Shown: piece after piece, positions 1 to 10,644 of the stretch
How positions within the stretch are numbered: the first letter of the stretch is position 1
How the letters are laid out: each line of letters begins with the position of its first letter
Assembly (NCBI GenBank): GCA_043228905.1
Contig: JBHGNT010000020.1
Span: 12,710,001 to 12,774,000, forward strand
Reading direction: 5' to 3'
Length of the DNA: 64,000 bases
Source of the DNA: Azolla caroliniana
Taxonomy: Eukaryota; Plantae; Polypodiophyta
The notes under the pieces: model-generated
Told to the model about the DNA's origin: nothing
Seen by the model: only the letters and a program-made list of their open reading frames with translations
Databases searched by the model: none
Translations under genes and position numbers: made by a program

Positions 1-167
1 GTTTCCGGCCCGTAGTACAAAACGGTGCCTCTCGCACCCATTCGGGATCCGTCCGGATCTGGAACGGCATACCGTTTCCAGTCCGTCCGTCCACACTATG
101 CTTATTTACAACCATACTTAATTAATTCCTTCACTCCGTATTTTGGACTCCCTGCCGACCGGTAACA
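1..167 (-). repeat. 3' LTR of the gypsy element (partial)
   Basis: Matches 9437-9603 except at positions 38, 39, 152, 157 and 158. Begins TGTTACC on the minus strand at 167. Confidence 0.93.
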
Positions 168-219
168 CATGGCACGCCCGTGGGACAGTACCTTGTACGT
201 CGAACCCTTCTCGGCCCCT

Positions 220-2874
220 TCATTGTTCACCCAAATTGTCCAAAATACTTTGTTCCAGATTTTCCAATTGTTCTTCCGGTTGTGGTTGTTGCGGCTGTGC
301 TTGCTGCTGCTGCTGTGGTTGCGGTTGGGACTGTGGCTGCTCCGGCTGCTCCGTTTGTTTCTCTGACTCCGGCATCTCCGTTTGACTGCTACCGGTCCGG
401 TCTCCTTCCAGTAACGGTTCCTCATCACTGAGGTTGACCGTAACCGGTTCTCGTGCTTTCTCTTCCCGGATCCGGGACCTCTCGTAGCTTTCAAACTGGA
501 TCTGCGCCTCCAGCCTGTCGTCGTCCAGCTGAGCTACAAGTTGCCGGACTTGCCCTAGTTGGTCCTCTGCCAAGGCTTGAAAGTCTTCGGCCAGCTCATC
601 TCTTATGCCGGTGAAGTCTTCGGAAGTCAGCATATAGCAATCATCTCCCTCCTTCCGCCGGTTCTCTACGTTGGCCCGGAGCAATTGGAGTTCCGCCGCG
701 TTCGTGGCCCACTTGGTCCACCATTTGACGGAGCCGTTGTCAATCAAGCTCTTGGTCTGGTTCAACCAGGCCCGCATGATATCCTGGATGCGACTTGCTC
801 CAATTTGCGCTCTACTTTCCACCACTTGTCGCTCCTCCTTCAACTGCTTGATGAGATTCGCCGTATCCTCCGCATGCTCTCTGTAGCGCGTCAGCTGCCC
901 TTGATATGTTGTCTACAGCCTCTGCAGTACCTCCGCCGCTCTTTCTTTTTCCGCCTGCTGTTGCCTGAGGAGCTCTGTCCGAACCTTCTCCGCCTCTTCC
1001 AACCGTCTTCTGGTTTCCGCTTGTTCATTAGCGTATGCCGTTGCGGTCCGATCAACTGCTTGCCGGAGCTCATCCGTCCGTTCCTTATGCTCCGTTTGCA
1101 ACCGTTTATACTCCCGGTGCAAGTGCTCAAATTCCTCCGTTTTTTGTTTGAGCTTGCCGTTGATCTGGCGATGGTTCCGATCCTCCCGGTCCTTTACCTG
1201 CCGGAGTTCCTCTTTCAGGCGCTCTACTTCTGTTTCGGCGTTTCTCCGGAGTCTGTCCTTCTCTTGCAGCATTTTCTCCTTTTCCTCCTTGAGCCGGTCG
1301 TACGCTTGGTGGCCTTTCCGTAAGCTCTCCTCAGCCCGGCGTAGATTCTCAGCAGTCTTTTTGAGTTCTGCCTCCGCTGCCGTCTTCAACTCTCTTTCGC
1401 GGCTCCTCAGCGCTTCTTGGGCAGCTAGCTCATCCTTTAAGTCCGCCAGCTCTTGGGCTTGTGCCGCATTTCTCTCTGGAACGGTTTCCGTTGCCGGGGT
1501 CTGATTGCTATGTACGGGTTGATCTGACGCTTTATTCTGTACATTGCCCGGAGTCACCGGTGCTTGGACTTGTGTTGTCAAAGCCAATTGAGCCATTTCC
1601 CTTGTGACCCTGTCCAAGTCTTGTTCAAGGCTCCGGATTCTGGACCGGGCCGTCTCTAGATCTACGGTTGTGACGAGCAACCGTTCGTGGTGCGCTCTCT
1701 CCTCCGCCTCTATGTACTCGACCGCTCTGGCGATCTGCTCGCCTACCCACCGTAGCCACATGCTACTGGTGCCTTGCTGCTGTACTGGTCGGGTCGGCTC
1801 GTTCACTATGGAATTGTCTGGCCTGAGTGCCTGTATCTGCCGTTCTGGTTCTACTTCTTGGCCGCCGTGTGTGCTGGCTGGGCTCGCCGGCTGTTGAGTT
1901 CCGGTTCTCGCCGTCTCCGGAGCCGTTGGAATGCCTTCTTCTATAGAAGTCGTCAAGCCCGGTTCTATACACACCGGTTCCGGTTCCTCCCTTGTGGTTT
2001 GCCCAGGTTGAGTTGGGGGCGTTTCCTCCTTTTGCGGGTCCGAACGCTCCCCCGCTGTCCCGGCGGTCCTACTTCTTGACCGTCGTTGGAGGTGCTCTTC
2101 TGGCTCCTCCGTTTCCTCTTCCTGGGTAACGGCATGTTTCTGTGCCGTCAAGGGTTCCGGTTCCTTCTGTCCCGGTCGCCGTATGGTTATCTTAACGGGT
2201 CCCACCGGTGACACCTCCTCCGGTTCTGGGAGCCGTTTCTTTCCTTTCGTCGCCTTCGACGCCAGCAGCTGCTGTCGTTTGGACGCGGGCTTGGAAGTGC
2301 TTCCTTCCGATACTCTTGGCCGCTTCTTTGGCTGAACGGTCTCGACCGGCGGCACGAGCAATGTTATCCACTGAGCTACAGCATGCCACAGCTTCCGGCC
2401 CTCCTTGCCGTCCTTTCCTCGTACCATGTCGATTGTCGCGCACAAACCGTCTGCAATCAACACCGGCCAGTCCACCTTGATCCCTTCATAGGTGGCTATG
2501 ATCATCCCTGCCCGATTTTTTGGCATGACAGGGGGTCGGGGGTACACGTGGTCGTACTCATGGAGCACTCGAGCTATCTCCCTGAATAGCGGATCTTCAC
2601 CGCCCTACGTTCGATAGCCTTTGCCGGCTACAGAGTACTCACCGAAATATCGGATGAGTTGCTCCGAGGTTGGGTTATCAATCTGAAAAATACCTCCCTC
2701 CGGAAGGCCTGTTAGCGCACGGATCGCTTCTTCGGTGATGACTTCTGTGTCGAGCTCCTTGATGACCCGGTCGGCTTCTCTGTGCGGTGGTGCCTCCATG
2801 ATGGTCAAGAACCCATCCAGTCCGTGTTGCCTGAACCATTTCCTGGCCGCTTCCGACAGCGTTTGTGGTTCCAT
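220..2874 (-). pseudogene. Gypsy 3' extra ORF (~884 aa): PMD/plant-transposon-like N-terminus, basic patches, long coiled coil, Q-rich C-terminus; two in-frame TAG codons
   Basis: ORFs 2605-3186, 913-2568 and 220-843 share one frame. The gaps read through without further stops (KGYRT*GGEDPLFREIARVLHEY; LQRL*TTYQGQLTRYREHAEDTANLIKQLKEE). First plausible ATG is at 2874 (MEPQTLSEAA). Confidence 0.8.
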
Positions 2875-3262
2875 GTCTGCTTTGAGGTCGGGGAAAGATG
2901 GCGAGGTAGAGTGGTGATGAGAGTGAGAGCGAGAGAGAGAGCGAGAGAGAGAACGTTCCGAACGTGGGGTTTCTCTAAGTGCAGGTTCGCGTTTGCTAAG
3001 CTTCCACTGCCTTGGTGCTTCTGTGCTTCTTGGCTCGCGAAAAAAGAAGGTCTCCATGCGTTCTTCTTTTTCTCTGTGCGTCTTGGCGCCTTTTTCGAGC
3101 ATGCGCACGTCGTGTACCAAATTAGTATTAAGCAATGTGGCGGCTCTTAAATGCCCACTACGTACCTTTTCGCTCCTTGCTTTCACGTCCGTTCATACCT
3201 CGATTTTTAATGTTTTTTTTTTTTTTTTTTTTTTTTATTATTTTAAATGACGGTGTGTGATC

Positions 3263-6200
3263 TTACACATCCGTAGGTCCCTTCGGACCCTTACCGTTTT
3301 CCTTACGGGTTGCCGTGTCTTCCTTCGTCTCTGCTACGGGTTCCCCGTCGTCTTTTTCTTCCATCCGTACCGCTCCCGGACAGGTTCCCGGTATAGTGCC
3401 GGTGAGCTGCATAAACGGGTTCTTTGGCATCGGTCCTTTATAGGGCTTTAGTCTAAATCCGTTCACCCACTTGCCTAGTACTTCACCGGCAAGTGTCCCT
3501 ATCTGATAGGACCCGTTGTATTCCCGTGTCAGCCAATACGGGCCTGTCCATCTAAACCGGAGTTTACCCGGCATCTTGCCCATCCTCGTTTGGAATACTA
3601 GCACCGGCTTTCCGATTTCGAACATCTTTTCGTTACCTTTCCGGTGACGGTCAACGAACGCTTTCCGTCGTCGTTGCTCCAGTTCCATGTGTAGGATGCT
3701 GGCCAGCCGTTGCTCCTCCAGTTCGCATAGTGCTGCTAGCCGCATTTCCTCCGACTTCTTTTCATTCAGCCGTTCCCGTAGTTGGATCCGTAAGCTTGGT
3801 ACCTGAAACTCCACCGGCATGACCGCCTCTAAGCCGAATGCTAACCGGAACGGTGTGGTCCGGATACTTGTTTTGTATGCCGTTCGGTACGCCCATAGCG
3901 CGCTATGGAGCTTTGTATCCCAGTCCGTCCGGTTTTCATTGACGGTTTTGCGGAGAATGTTCTGCAGCGTTTTGTTGGTGGACTCTGCTAACCCGTTCGC
4001 TTGTGGGTAGTACGGTGTGCTCCGTTTATGGACCACGGCATAGAACGTTGTTAAGCTTTCAACTACCTGGCCGAGGAAGTGCCCTCCTTGGTCGCTAATT
4101 AATTCAATCGGACATCCATATCGGCACCAAATGTTCTCGTACAGGAATTTTGCTGTGGATGACGCGGTATTGTCTCTCAAGGCCTTACCCTACACCCATT
4201 TAGTGCAATAATCCGTTGCCACGATGACATAACGATTACCCGTTCTCATTGCCGGTGGCTTGAACGGTCCGACAAAATCCAACCCCCACTTCTGGAATGG
4301 CTCTAGTGGAAGTACCGGTTGGTGTGGCATCCGTGCTTGCTCCGTAGGCTGGCCCATTCGTTGGCATAGGTCACATTCCTTAGCATACTTGACGGCGTCT
4401 TTTAACGTCGTGGGCCACCATAAGCCGCTCTGCCATACTTTCCTTGCCGTCGCTTCCCCGGCATAGTGTCCTCCGGCAACCCCACAGTGTGCTTCCCGTA
4501 AGATTACGTGTTTCTCGTCACTACGGACTGCCCGTCTCCATATTCCATCTGCTCCCTTGTGGTAGAGAGTGTCCCGTAACAGACAGAAATTGCGGCTTTG
4601 CACCGCCAGTCGTTTCCTCTCGTCCCGGTTCATTTCCTCTGGTGGCAGGCCCGTGCTTAGGAACTGGTGCATGTTTGTCAGCCACCTATCTTCTGATGCC
4701 ACCGTGTCGTCCGCTGCCGTTTCCGGGGTGATACGGAATAACTCTGCGTCCGGGAATTCATCCGCTACTCCGTCGCCTGATTCTCCGGACTCTAACCGGC
4801 TCAGGTAGTCTGCTACGGCATGCTGGATACCGGGCCGGTGAAAGATCTCGAATTCGAACTCCTGCAACAGCAAGGTCCAACGGGCCAACTTACCGGTCAG
4901 GGACGCCTTGGACACTAAGTACAGGAGCGCCGAGTGATCCACATGAAAGGAGAACTTCCTTCCCAATAGGTAATGACGAAACTTTGTGACACTGTAGATC
5001 ATGCCCAGGGCCTCCCGTTCTGTCGTCGAATAGTTCTTCTCCGCTTGGGATAGCTTCCGGCTGGCGTAATATACCGGCCGGTACCATTTAGGCTCCGTAA
5101 GTTGCATTAAGGCGCTACCGATAGCGATGTCGGAAGCGTCAACGAACACATGAAATTCCTTGCTCCAATCCGGAGGCTGCACGACGGGTGCTTGCGACAA
5201 AAGTACCTTCAGGGCATTGTATGCCTTATCCTCCGTATCCGTCCATTGGAACGGTGTCCGATGTACCGCGGTGTGTAATGGTGTAGCCAAGTCAGCCAAG
5301 TGACGGAGCATCCGGCTGTGCCACCGTATCTGTCCTAAGAATTGGCTTAGTGCTTTGGCCGTTTTCGGCGCTGGTGCCCCGAGTATCGCGTTTACTTTGT
5401 CCGGGTCGACCGCAATGCCCTCCTTACTTACAATGTGTCCCAGTAAGATTCCACTTGAAACTCCAAAGATGCATTTTGCTGGGTTTAAGCTTAGCCGGTA
5501 TAACCTACACTTTTCAAGGCATAACCGTAGGTGCTGCAAATGGTCTTTTCCCCGGCTATAGACTGCAAAATCATCCAGGAAAACCTGCATGAAGGCAAGG
5601 ATGTATTCGCCGAAGATCTCCATGATGATTCGCTGGAAAGTTGTTGGTGCCGTTTTTAGGCCGAACATCATTACTTCGGCCACAAACACCCCCCATTCGG
5701 TGACGAACGCTGTCTTCTCCTGGTCGTCGGGGTGCATCCGGATTTGATTGTATCCGCTGAACCCGTCTAAAAAACTATAAACTTCATGGCCGGCGACGGC
5801 ATCCAGTACTCCATCCGTGAACGGAAGAGGGAATGCATCCGTAATTGTGGCTGCATTTAGTTTGCTGTAATCTACACACACGCGGATTTTACCGTTCTTC
5901 TTTGGGACGACGACGATGGGGCTCAGCCACGTCACTTTCTTTACCGGCCGGATGAAGCCCACTCTTAGGAGTTTGTCAATTTCCTCCTTCACTTTGGCGG
6001 CGTAGTTGGGGTTCATTCGGTAACGTCTTTGCGCCACTGGTTTCGCGTCCTTGCCTAAGTGGATCTGATGCTGATATAATTGAGGGTCCAGCCCTCGCAT
6101 GTCTTCGTATGACCAGGCGAATACGTCGCGAAACTCCGTGAGAAGTTTGATCATCGCCGCTTTATCTTCCGGCTTCATTTCTTTGGCGATGTGTACCGGC

Positions 6201-9133
6201 TTTGATTCGTCCTTGCTTCCTAGGTTCACTTCGTCGAGCTGGGATGTTTTTACCCGTTGGGAAATGGCCATTTCCTGTTCCAACGCTTCCTGTGCTTGCC
6301 GTAATTCCCGAATCGAATCTTTGTCTGGTTCGGCTTCGGTTTCGTCCCGCTGCGGCAAGTATGGCGCTACGGCCTCAGCTACGTCAATCTCGAAGAGTGG
6401 TACGATCTTCGGGTGTTCCTCCAAGTACTGGGCTTCTTCATCATCTGCCAACCCTTCAAGCATGTTCACGCATTCCGCATACAGCGGTGTGCATTCCTTA
6501 CCGTTGCTCGTCCGTGGTTGTGTCGGTACCCGGACCTTGGCTTTTCCGCGCCGGAAGGTAATCATATTTTTCCGCCAATTTTGCTTGATGTGTGCTGTTT
6601 TCAACCATGGTCTGCCCAGCAACAGTGGGTACGCGCCTTGCGCCTGTAGCTGCAGCACTACAGCCGAGATGTGAAATGTGTGACCTCCTATGGTGACTTC
6701 CAATTTCCGTATTAAGCTCGTCGGCCGTACAGAGCTCGTATCCGCCATCCGTAGCCAGAACGGACATGGCTCCCATTCATGTATACCCAAGGCATCACAC
6801 GTGCGGAGGCTTATTACGTTCACCCCGGAACCTCCATCGATTACTATGCCGGGAAGTTCGTGCCCTTTGACAATAGCTGTAATCGCCGGACTACTAGTGT
6901 CCACCACCGTCGGTCCCTCCTCCGGATTCGAGAAGAGGACTGGTGCCGGTGGGGCTATACCGTCTGTCATGCCCGTTTTTAGTCCTTCCGTAAATCGCGG
7001 CACGAGCTGCAAGAGTCTTCCTAACGGCAACGTGATCTGACATTCTTGCAGTGCTTGCCATGTCTCGTTTTCTGGGTGGCTACCGCCGGCACTCCCTATG
7101 GTATTCGCCTTTTGCCGTTCCGCGTCCGCGACGTTCCTTTCATTGGCTTCCTTCACCCATTCCGTCGCCTGTTTTCGTATGGCCTCTTGTGTTTCCCACT
7201 CTTTGGCCATGCCTTTCGACCGTGTGGTTACTTGCTGTATATCCGCCACTTCCGAAACCACCATATTAACTGTTGGTCGTTTCTCGTAGCTCTTTACCGG
7301 GCACTGGTTACTGTAGTGGCCTTCCTGCCTGCAGTAGTAGCAGTACTCTTTACGGGTATTGCTGGATTCAGCATTGCTGGTAGCCGGAGTCGGTCCCGTA
7401 GTGAGTGGTGCGTTCTGTGTCGGTTGGCTCCTTGGGGTTCCATGTTCCGGGTCCCTAGGGTGACCACCTTTCTTGAAATTACGTTTCTTATTATTCTTAT
7501 TTTTATTTCGGTAGTCCGGTCGTGGTGGATCGTAAAATCGGTCGTAGTCCTCCTGGTGCCTTCGGTAACCAGGGGAATGGTCTCTGTCGTATTGCTCGTG
7601 TCGTCTGTTGGGCTCCCGGTAACGGTCCGATCGCTCATACCGGTCGTAGTTATCATGCCGATTCCCGTACCGGCCATCATTCTCTTGTCTGTCTCCGTAC
7701 CGGAAATCCTGTGCCGGTCGGTACCGGTTCATTTTTTGCCAACGATCGTCCTCTTCGTCTCGGCTGCTTCTTGGCTCGATCCGTCGAACGGGTGGTGCTT
7801 GTCGGTTTAACAGGTTATACTCGCACCGGTCCGTTGTATGACTCTTGGATTGACAAATCACACACTGAGTTCGCATGGTGCACTCCACTGCCGAGTGTCC
7901 GGCATTCAAGCAGATTGTGCATTGAATTGCCTGCCGGAACCGGAGATCTTCCTCGGTGGGTAACGCCCGTTGCAGTGTTCCCAGTGTAAGCCATGAGCTT
8001 GACTTTTCCATTTCTCTGACCCGGTCAATGACCTGGTCAATGGTGCTTCCTCGAAAGTCGATTACCGTACACACCGTGCGTAACGGTTCCCGGAGTGCGT
8101 TTAAAAATATCGTCCGTAATTCCTCCTCCGGGGGTGCACGGGCAAGCTGGCTATGCATTCGTTGGAAACGGATGACGAATTGGGGAATGCTTTCCCCTGC
8201 CTCCTGTCGGATCGTATAAAACAGGCCCACCATTGTCGTCTGGTCGACCTCCTTGTGGAAAAAATGCAAGAATTTCGCTTTTAATTCTGCAAAGGTTGTG
8301 ATGGTCGCCGGGTCCTGCGTCCGCCGCCATCGTGTCGCTGGTCCTTCCAACGTGACCCCGAATTCCGCTATCTTCGAGCGTTCTTCTTCCTCCGGTGTCA
8401 TTCGCTGGGACGTGTGATTTGCTTCCCATGTCTGCTCGAAGGCATAAACATGCGCTTCCGCGTCCGGGTCATCGCGATACTTTGAGTATTGGAACGGCAT
8501 GTCGTCGTCCAGTATTAGGCCGCGGTTTAGTAGCGTTTGTTGATATCTTTCCGGTTTTCTCTCCGGTTCTTTTGCCGGTGCTTTTTCCGGTTCCTCTTCC
8601 GGTTCTTTTTCCGGTTCCTTCACCGGCTCTTCTTCCGGTACCTTTGCCGGCTCTTTCATTGGTGTCGGTGGCTTTGCTTCTTCCACTTCCGGTGTTGGTG
8701 GGTTGACTGCTTCCGTTTGCGGTTCCGGATAGCCCTGGTTGAGCGGTTCCGGTTCTGGAGTCGGCACGGTATCCGACCCGTCGTCCTCCGGGCCGCCGGG
8801 GGTATCGTTGCTGCTCCGGTAGTTCGTGTGCACGCTGTATCCCCCTTCGGAATCCGATTCGTAGGCTAAAAAGGCTTCTGCCTCGTTTTCTCCGCTTGCC
8901 AGCGCCTCCAGGAGGCGTTCGGTTTCCCGGAGACTACTTAGACTGCTTCCGTCGTCCTGGTCGCGAGTTTGCTGTAACCGAAGATATTCCTCCGCGACTC
9001 TCCGGATCTCGTTGGAGAACGAACGATCCGAGCGAATTTCGTGCGCTGCTTGCTGGAAAGTCTCACGCCGTCTTTGCCGTTTGGCGAGGCGTCGAGCTCG
9101 GTCTGTAACCAAGTCGTGCGTTGGTCTAGTCAT
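3263..9133 (-). CDS. Gypsy gag-pol polyprotein (~1956 codons) with one premature TAG at 4190-4192
   Basis: Retrotransposon gag, CCHC knuckles, protease VIDGGSGVN, RT (LDGFSGYNQI...FLDDF), RNase H (VFVDASDIAIG), integrase HHCC plus WGLDFVGP...SDQG...NGLAE, and GPY/F. KWV*GKALRDN is the usual KWVE motif with GAG>TAG. Confidence 0.93.
8548..8660 (-). repeat. Degenerate 12-nt tandem repeat encoding (K/E)EPE units in the gag N-terminal region
   Basis: Repeated ccggttc-type units on +. Translates as EPAKVPEEEPVKEPEKEPEEEPEKAPAKEPERKPE. Confidence 0.75.
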
Positions 9134-9162
9134 CCATTACCGTCGTTCGCTGCGAGAAAGCA

Positions 9163-9178
9163 GGAATCGTGGTCGCCA
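9163..9178 (-). promoter_or_regulatory. Primer-binding site (TGGCGACCAC...), probably tRNA-Arg
   Basis: A few nt inside the 5' LTR. Complementary to a tRNA ending ...GTGGTCG-CCA, as recalled for tRNA-Arg(UCG); the isotype is inferred. Confidence 0.7.
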
Positions 9179-9184
9179 AAACTG

Positions 9185-9603
9185 TGTTATTCGCTGGCCG
9201 GACAAGGCCTAACACAAGGTGTCACGGAGACACTTCACCAAAGGGTGATTACGGCATAGGATTAAGATTCAACGATTACACCGACTTACGTAGGTTACAC
9301 GATTAGAATGCTTTGGTTAATTACACGCGTAAGATATAACAGTAATTACATAACGGAAATCAACACAGAAGTATAAACACCATATGCTCTATTAATTATC
9401 CGCTGTGATTACAATGGGGTCCGGGCCTTTAAATAGGTTTCCGGCCCGTAGTACAAAACGGTGCCTCTCGCACTGATTCGGGATCCGTCCGGATCTGGAA
9501 CGGCATACCGTTTCCAGTCCGTCCGTCCACACTATGCTTATTTACAACCATACTTAATTAATTCCTTCACTCCGTATTTTGGACTCCTTGCCAGCCGGTA
9601 ACA
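9185..9603 (-). repeat. 5' LTR of the gypsy element (~419 bp, TGTTA...TAACA)
   Basis: Inverted TGTTA/TAACA ends. Duplicated at 1-167. TATTTAAA-like box on minus at ~9428-9435. The left boundary could be 9183. Confidence 0.9.
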
Positions 9604-9693
9604 ATTTCGCCTCTCATTTCTATGAGGTGTCTACTCCAAAAATTTGGCATTTTAGTGAATCTGTGTTCATCAAATAATCTGCAAATTGATGGC
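9604..9693 (+). pseudogene. Fragment of old chromovirus integrase (host of both young insertions)
   Basis: Reads FASHF..(fs)..RCLLQKFGILVNLCSSNNLQIDG. After removing the copia element it continues QTKRVNHILEQY at 15513, matching the HPQTDGQTERVN motif. Confidence 0.75.
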
Positions 9694-10149
9694 TGTAAAG
9701 AGTAACGTGCGGAAGCAAGTATGAAGACCGAACAGAAGGAAGAAAACTCAGGTTTAATGGAGAGCTTGAGCTTACGCAGTATACGCGGGAGAGACAGAGA
9801 GACAGAGAGAGTGATAGAGAGAAAATACAAGAACTATATTCAAAAAAACTCTATTCACCATTCTCTGTACATATGTGTGTTCAATGAACACTTTTATACA
9901 AGTCCTAGAAGGACTGACCGAAGTACTGACAGTACTTCAATGCTCACTAAGAGCTCCTACACTAACTCCCAAATATATTCCTCAAGGAATATCTTTCCTA
10001 ACGGCCTCCCGGTTTACGCACCGATCCGGCCCTACCTACGCACCGGTCTGCATACCGGTTTACGCATTCGACCTAACCGATCGGTCCCAACCGATCCGGT
10101 CCTCGGCTTCTTCAGCCGATCCGGCCGATGTTGAGCTTGTCTCTCAACA
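9694..10149 (-). repeat. Copia 3' LTR
   Basis: Same length as 15052-15507. Five substitutions spotted by eye. Confidence 0.95.
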
Positions 10150-10161
10150 CTCCCCCTCAAG
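10150..10161 (-). promoter_or_regulatory. Copia polypurine tract (CTTGAGGGGGAG)
   Basis: Purine run directly abutting the 3' LTR TG on the minus strand. Confidence 0.85.
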
Positions 10162-10644
10162 CTCAAGTTGAGGCTCTTCGGGATCTTCGGGCTCACAGCT
10201 CCAGTTCCTCCTGGCTTCACGCCTCGCTCGCGCTCCACGACTTGTTCGACTCCGCGCGCTTCGACCCTTCCGGTCAGCTTGTCTGCTCATGTGGCCCTCA
10301 TCAGCCCTTCTGCTATTGCGGTGTTGACGCTTCTTCTACTGCCTTTTCTTCCGCTTGGGCCTCGGTTGATTCAACGTGTCTGAATCAAACATCCGAACCG
10401 ACTCGGCTACCTCCGATCGGTTTTCGCTCTCGTCCGAGTTGGCTGTCTCCAACTCGTCTTCGGTCTTCTCGCCCTCGGTGGCTTCATCTTCCCCATGCGT
10501 GGTTGGCTTCGGCTCTCGGTTGCTCCCCTTCTGTCCGCTTCCGGACTTTTCCGCGGGTCCGCCCTCGGCTTCTTCAGCCGATCTGACGTCGAACTCGACA
10601 ACCGAGTCAACCGACTCGGTGGTGTCGCGGTCTCCGCTCCTTTC

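Larger units (their letters stand above)
1..9603 (-). mobile_element. Ty3/gypsy LTR retrotransposon (non-chromovirus, no extra archaeal-type RNase H seen) with a large 3' extra ORF; 3' LTR truncated by the window edge
   Basis: Gag-PR-RT-RH-INT domain order. Positions 1-167 repeat 9437-9603. PBS is adjacent to the right-hand LTR. Confidence 0.95.

Noticed and set aside
220-2874. Calling the extra ORF a true envelope gene
   Set aside because: No signal peptide or transmembrane segment is visible; the protein is charged and coiled-coil.
2875-3186. N-terminal extension of ORF 2605-3186 (SLSRSLSRSHSHHHS)
   Set aside because: It starts at a non-ATG codon and translates a CT microsatellite-like tract, so it is more likely leader or intron.
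143-9259. Many plus-strand ORFs over the gypsy element (e.g. 559-1323, 7046-7810)
   Set aside because: They are antisense shadows of GC-rich coding frames with no recognisable motifs.
9721-10134. 137-aa ORF duplicated at 15079-15492
   Set aside because: It lies wholly within the copia LTRs, antisense to the element, and the duplication is explained by the LTRs.
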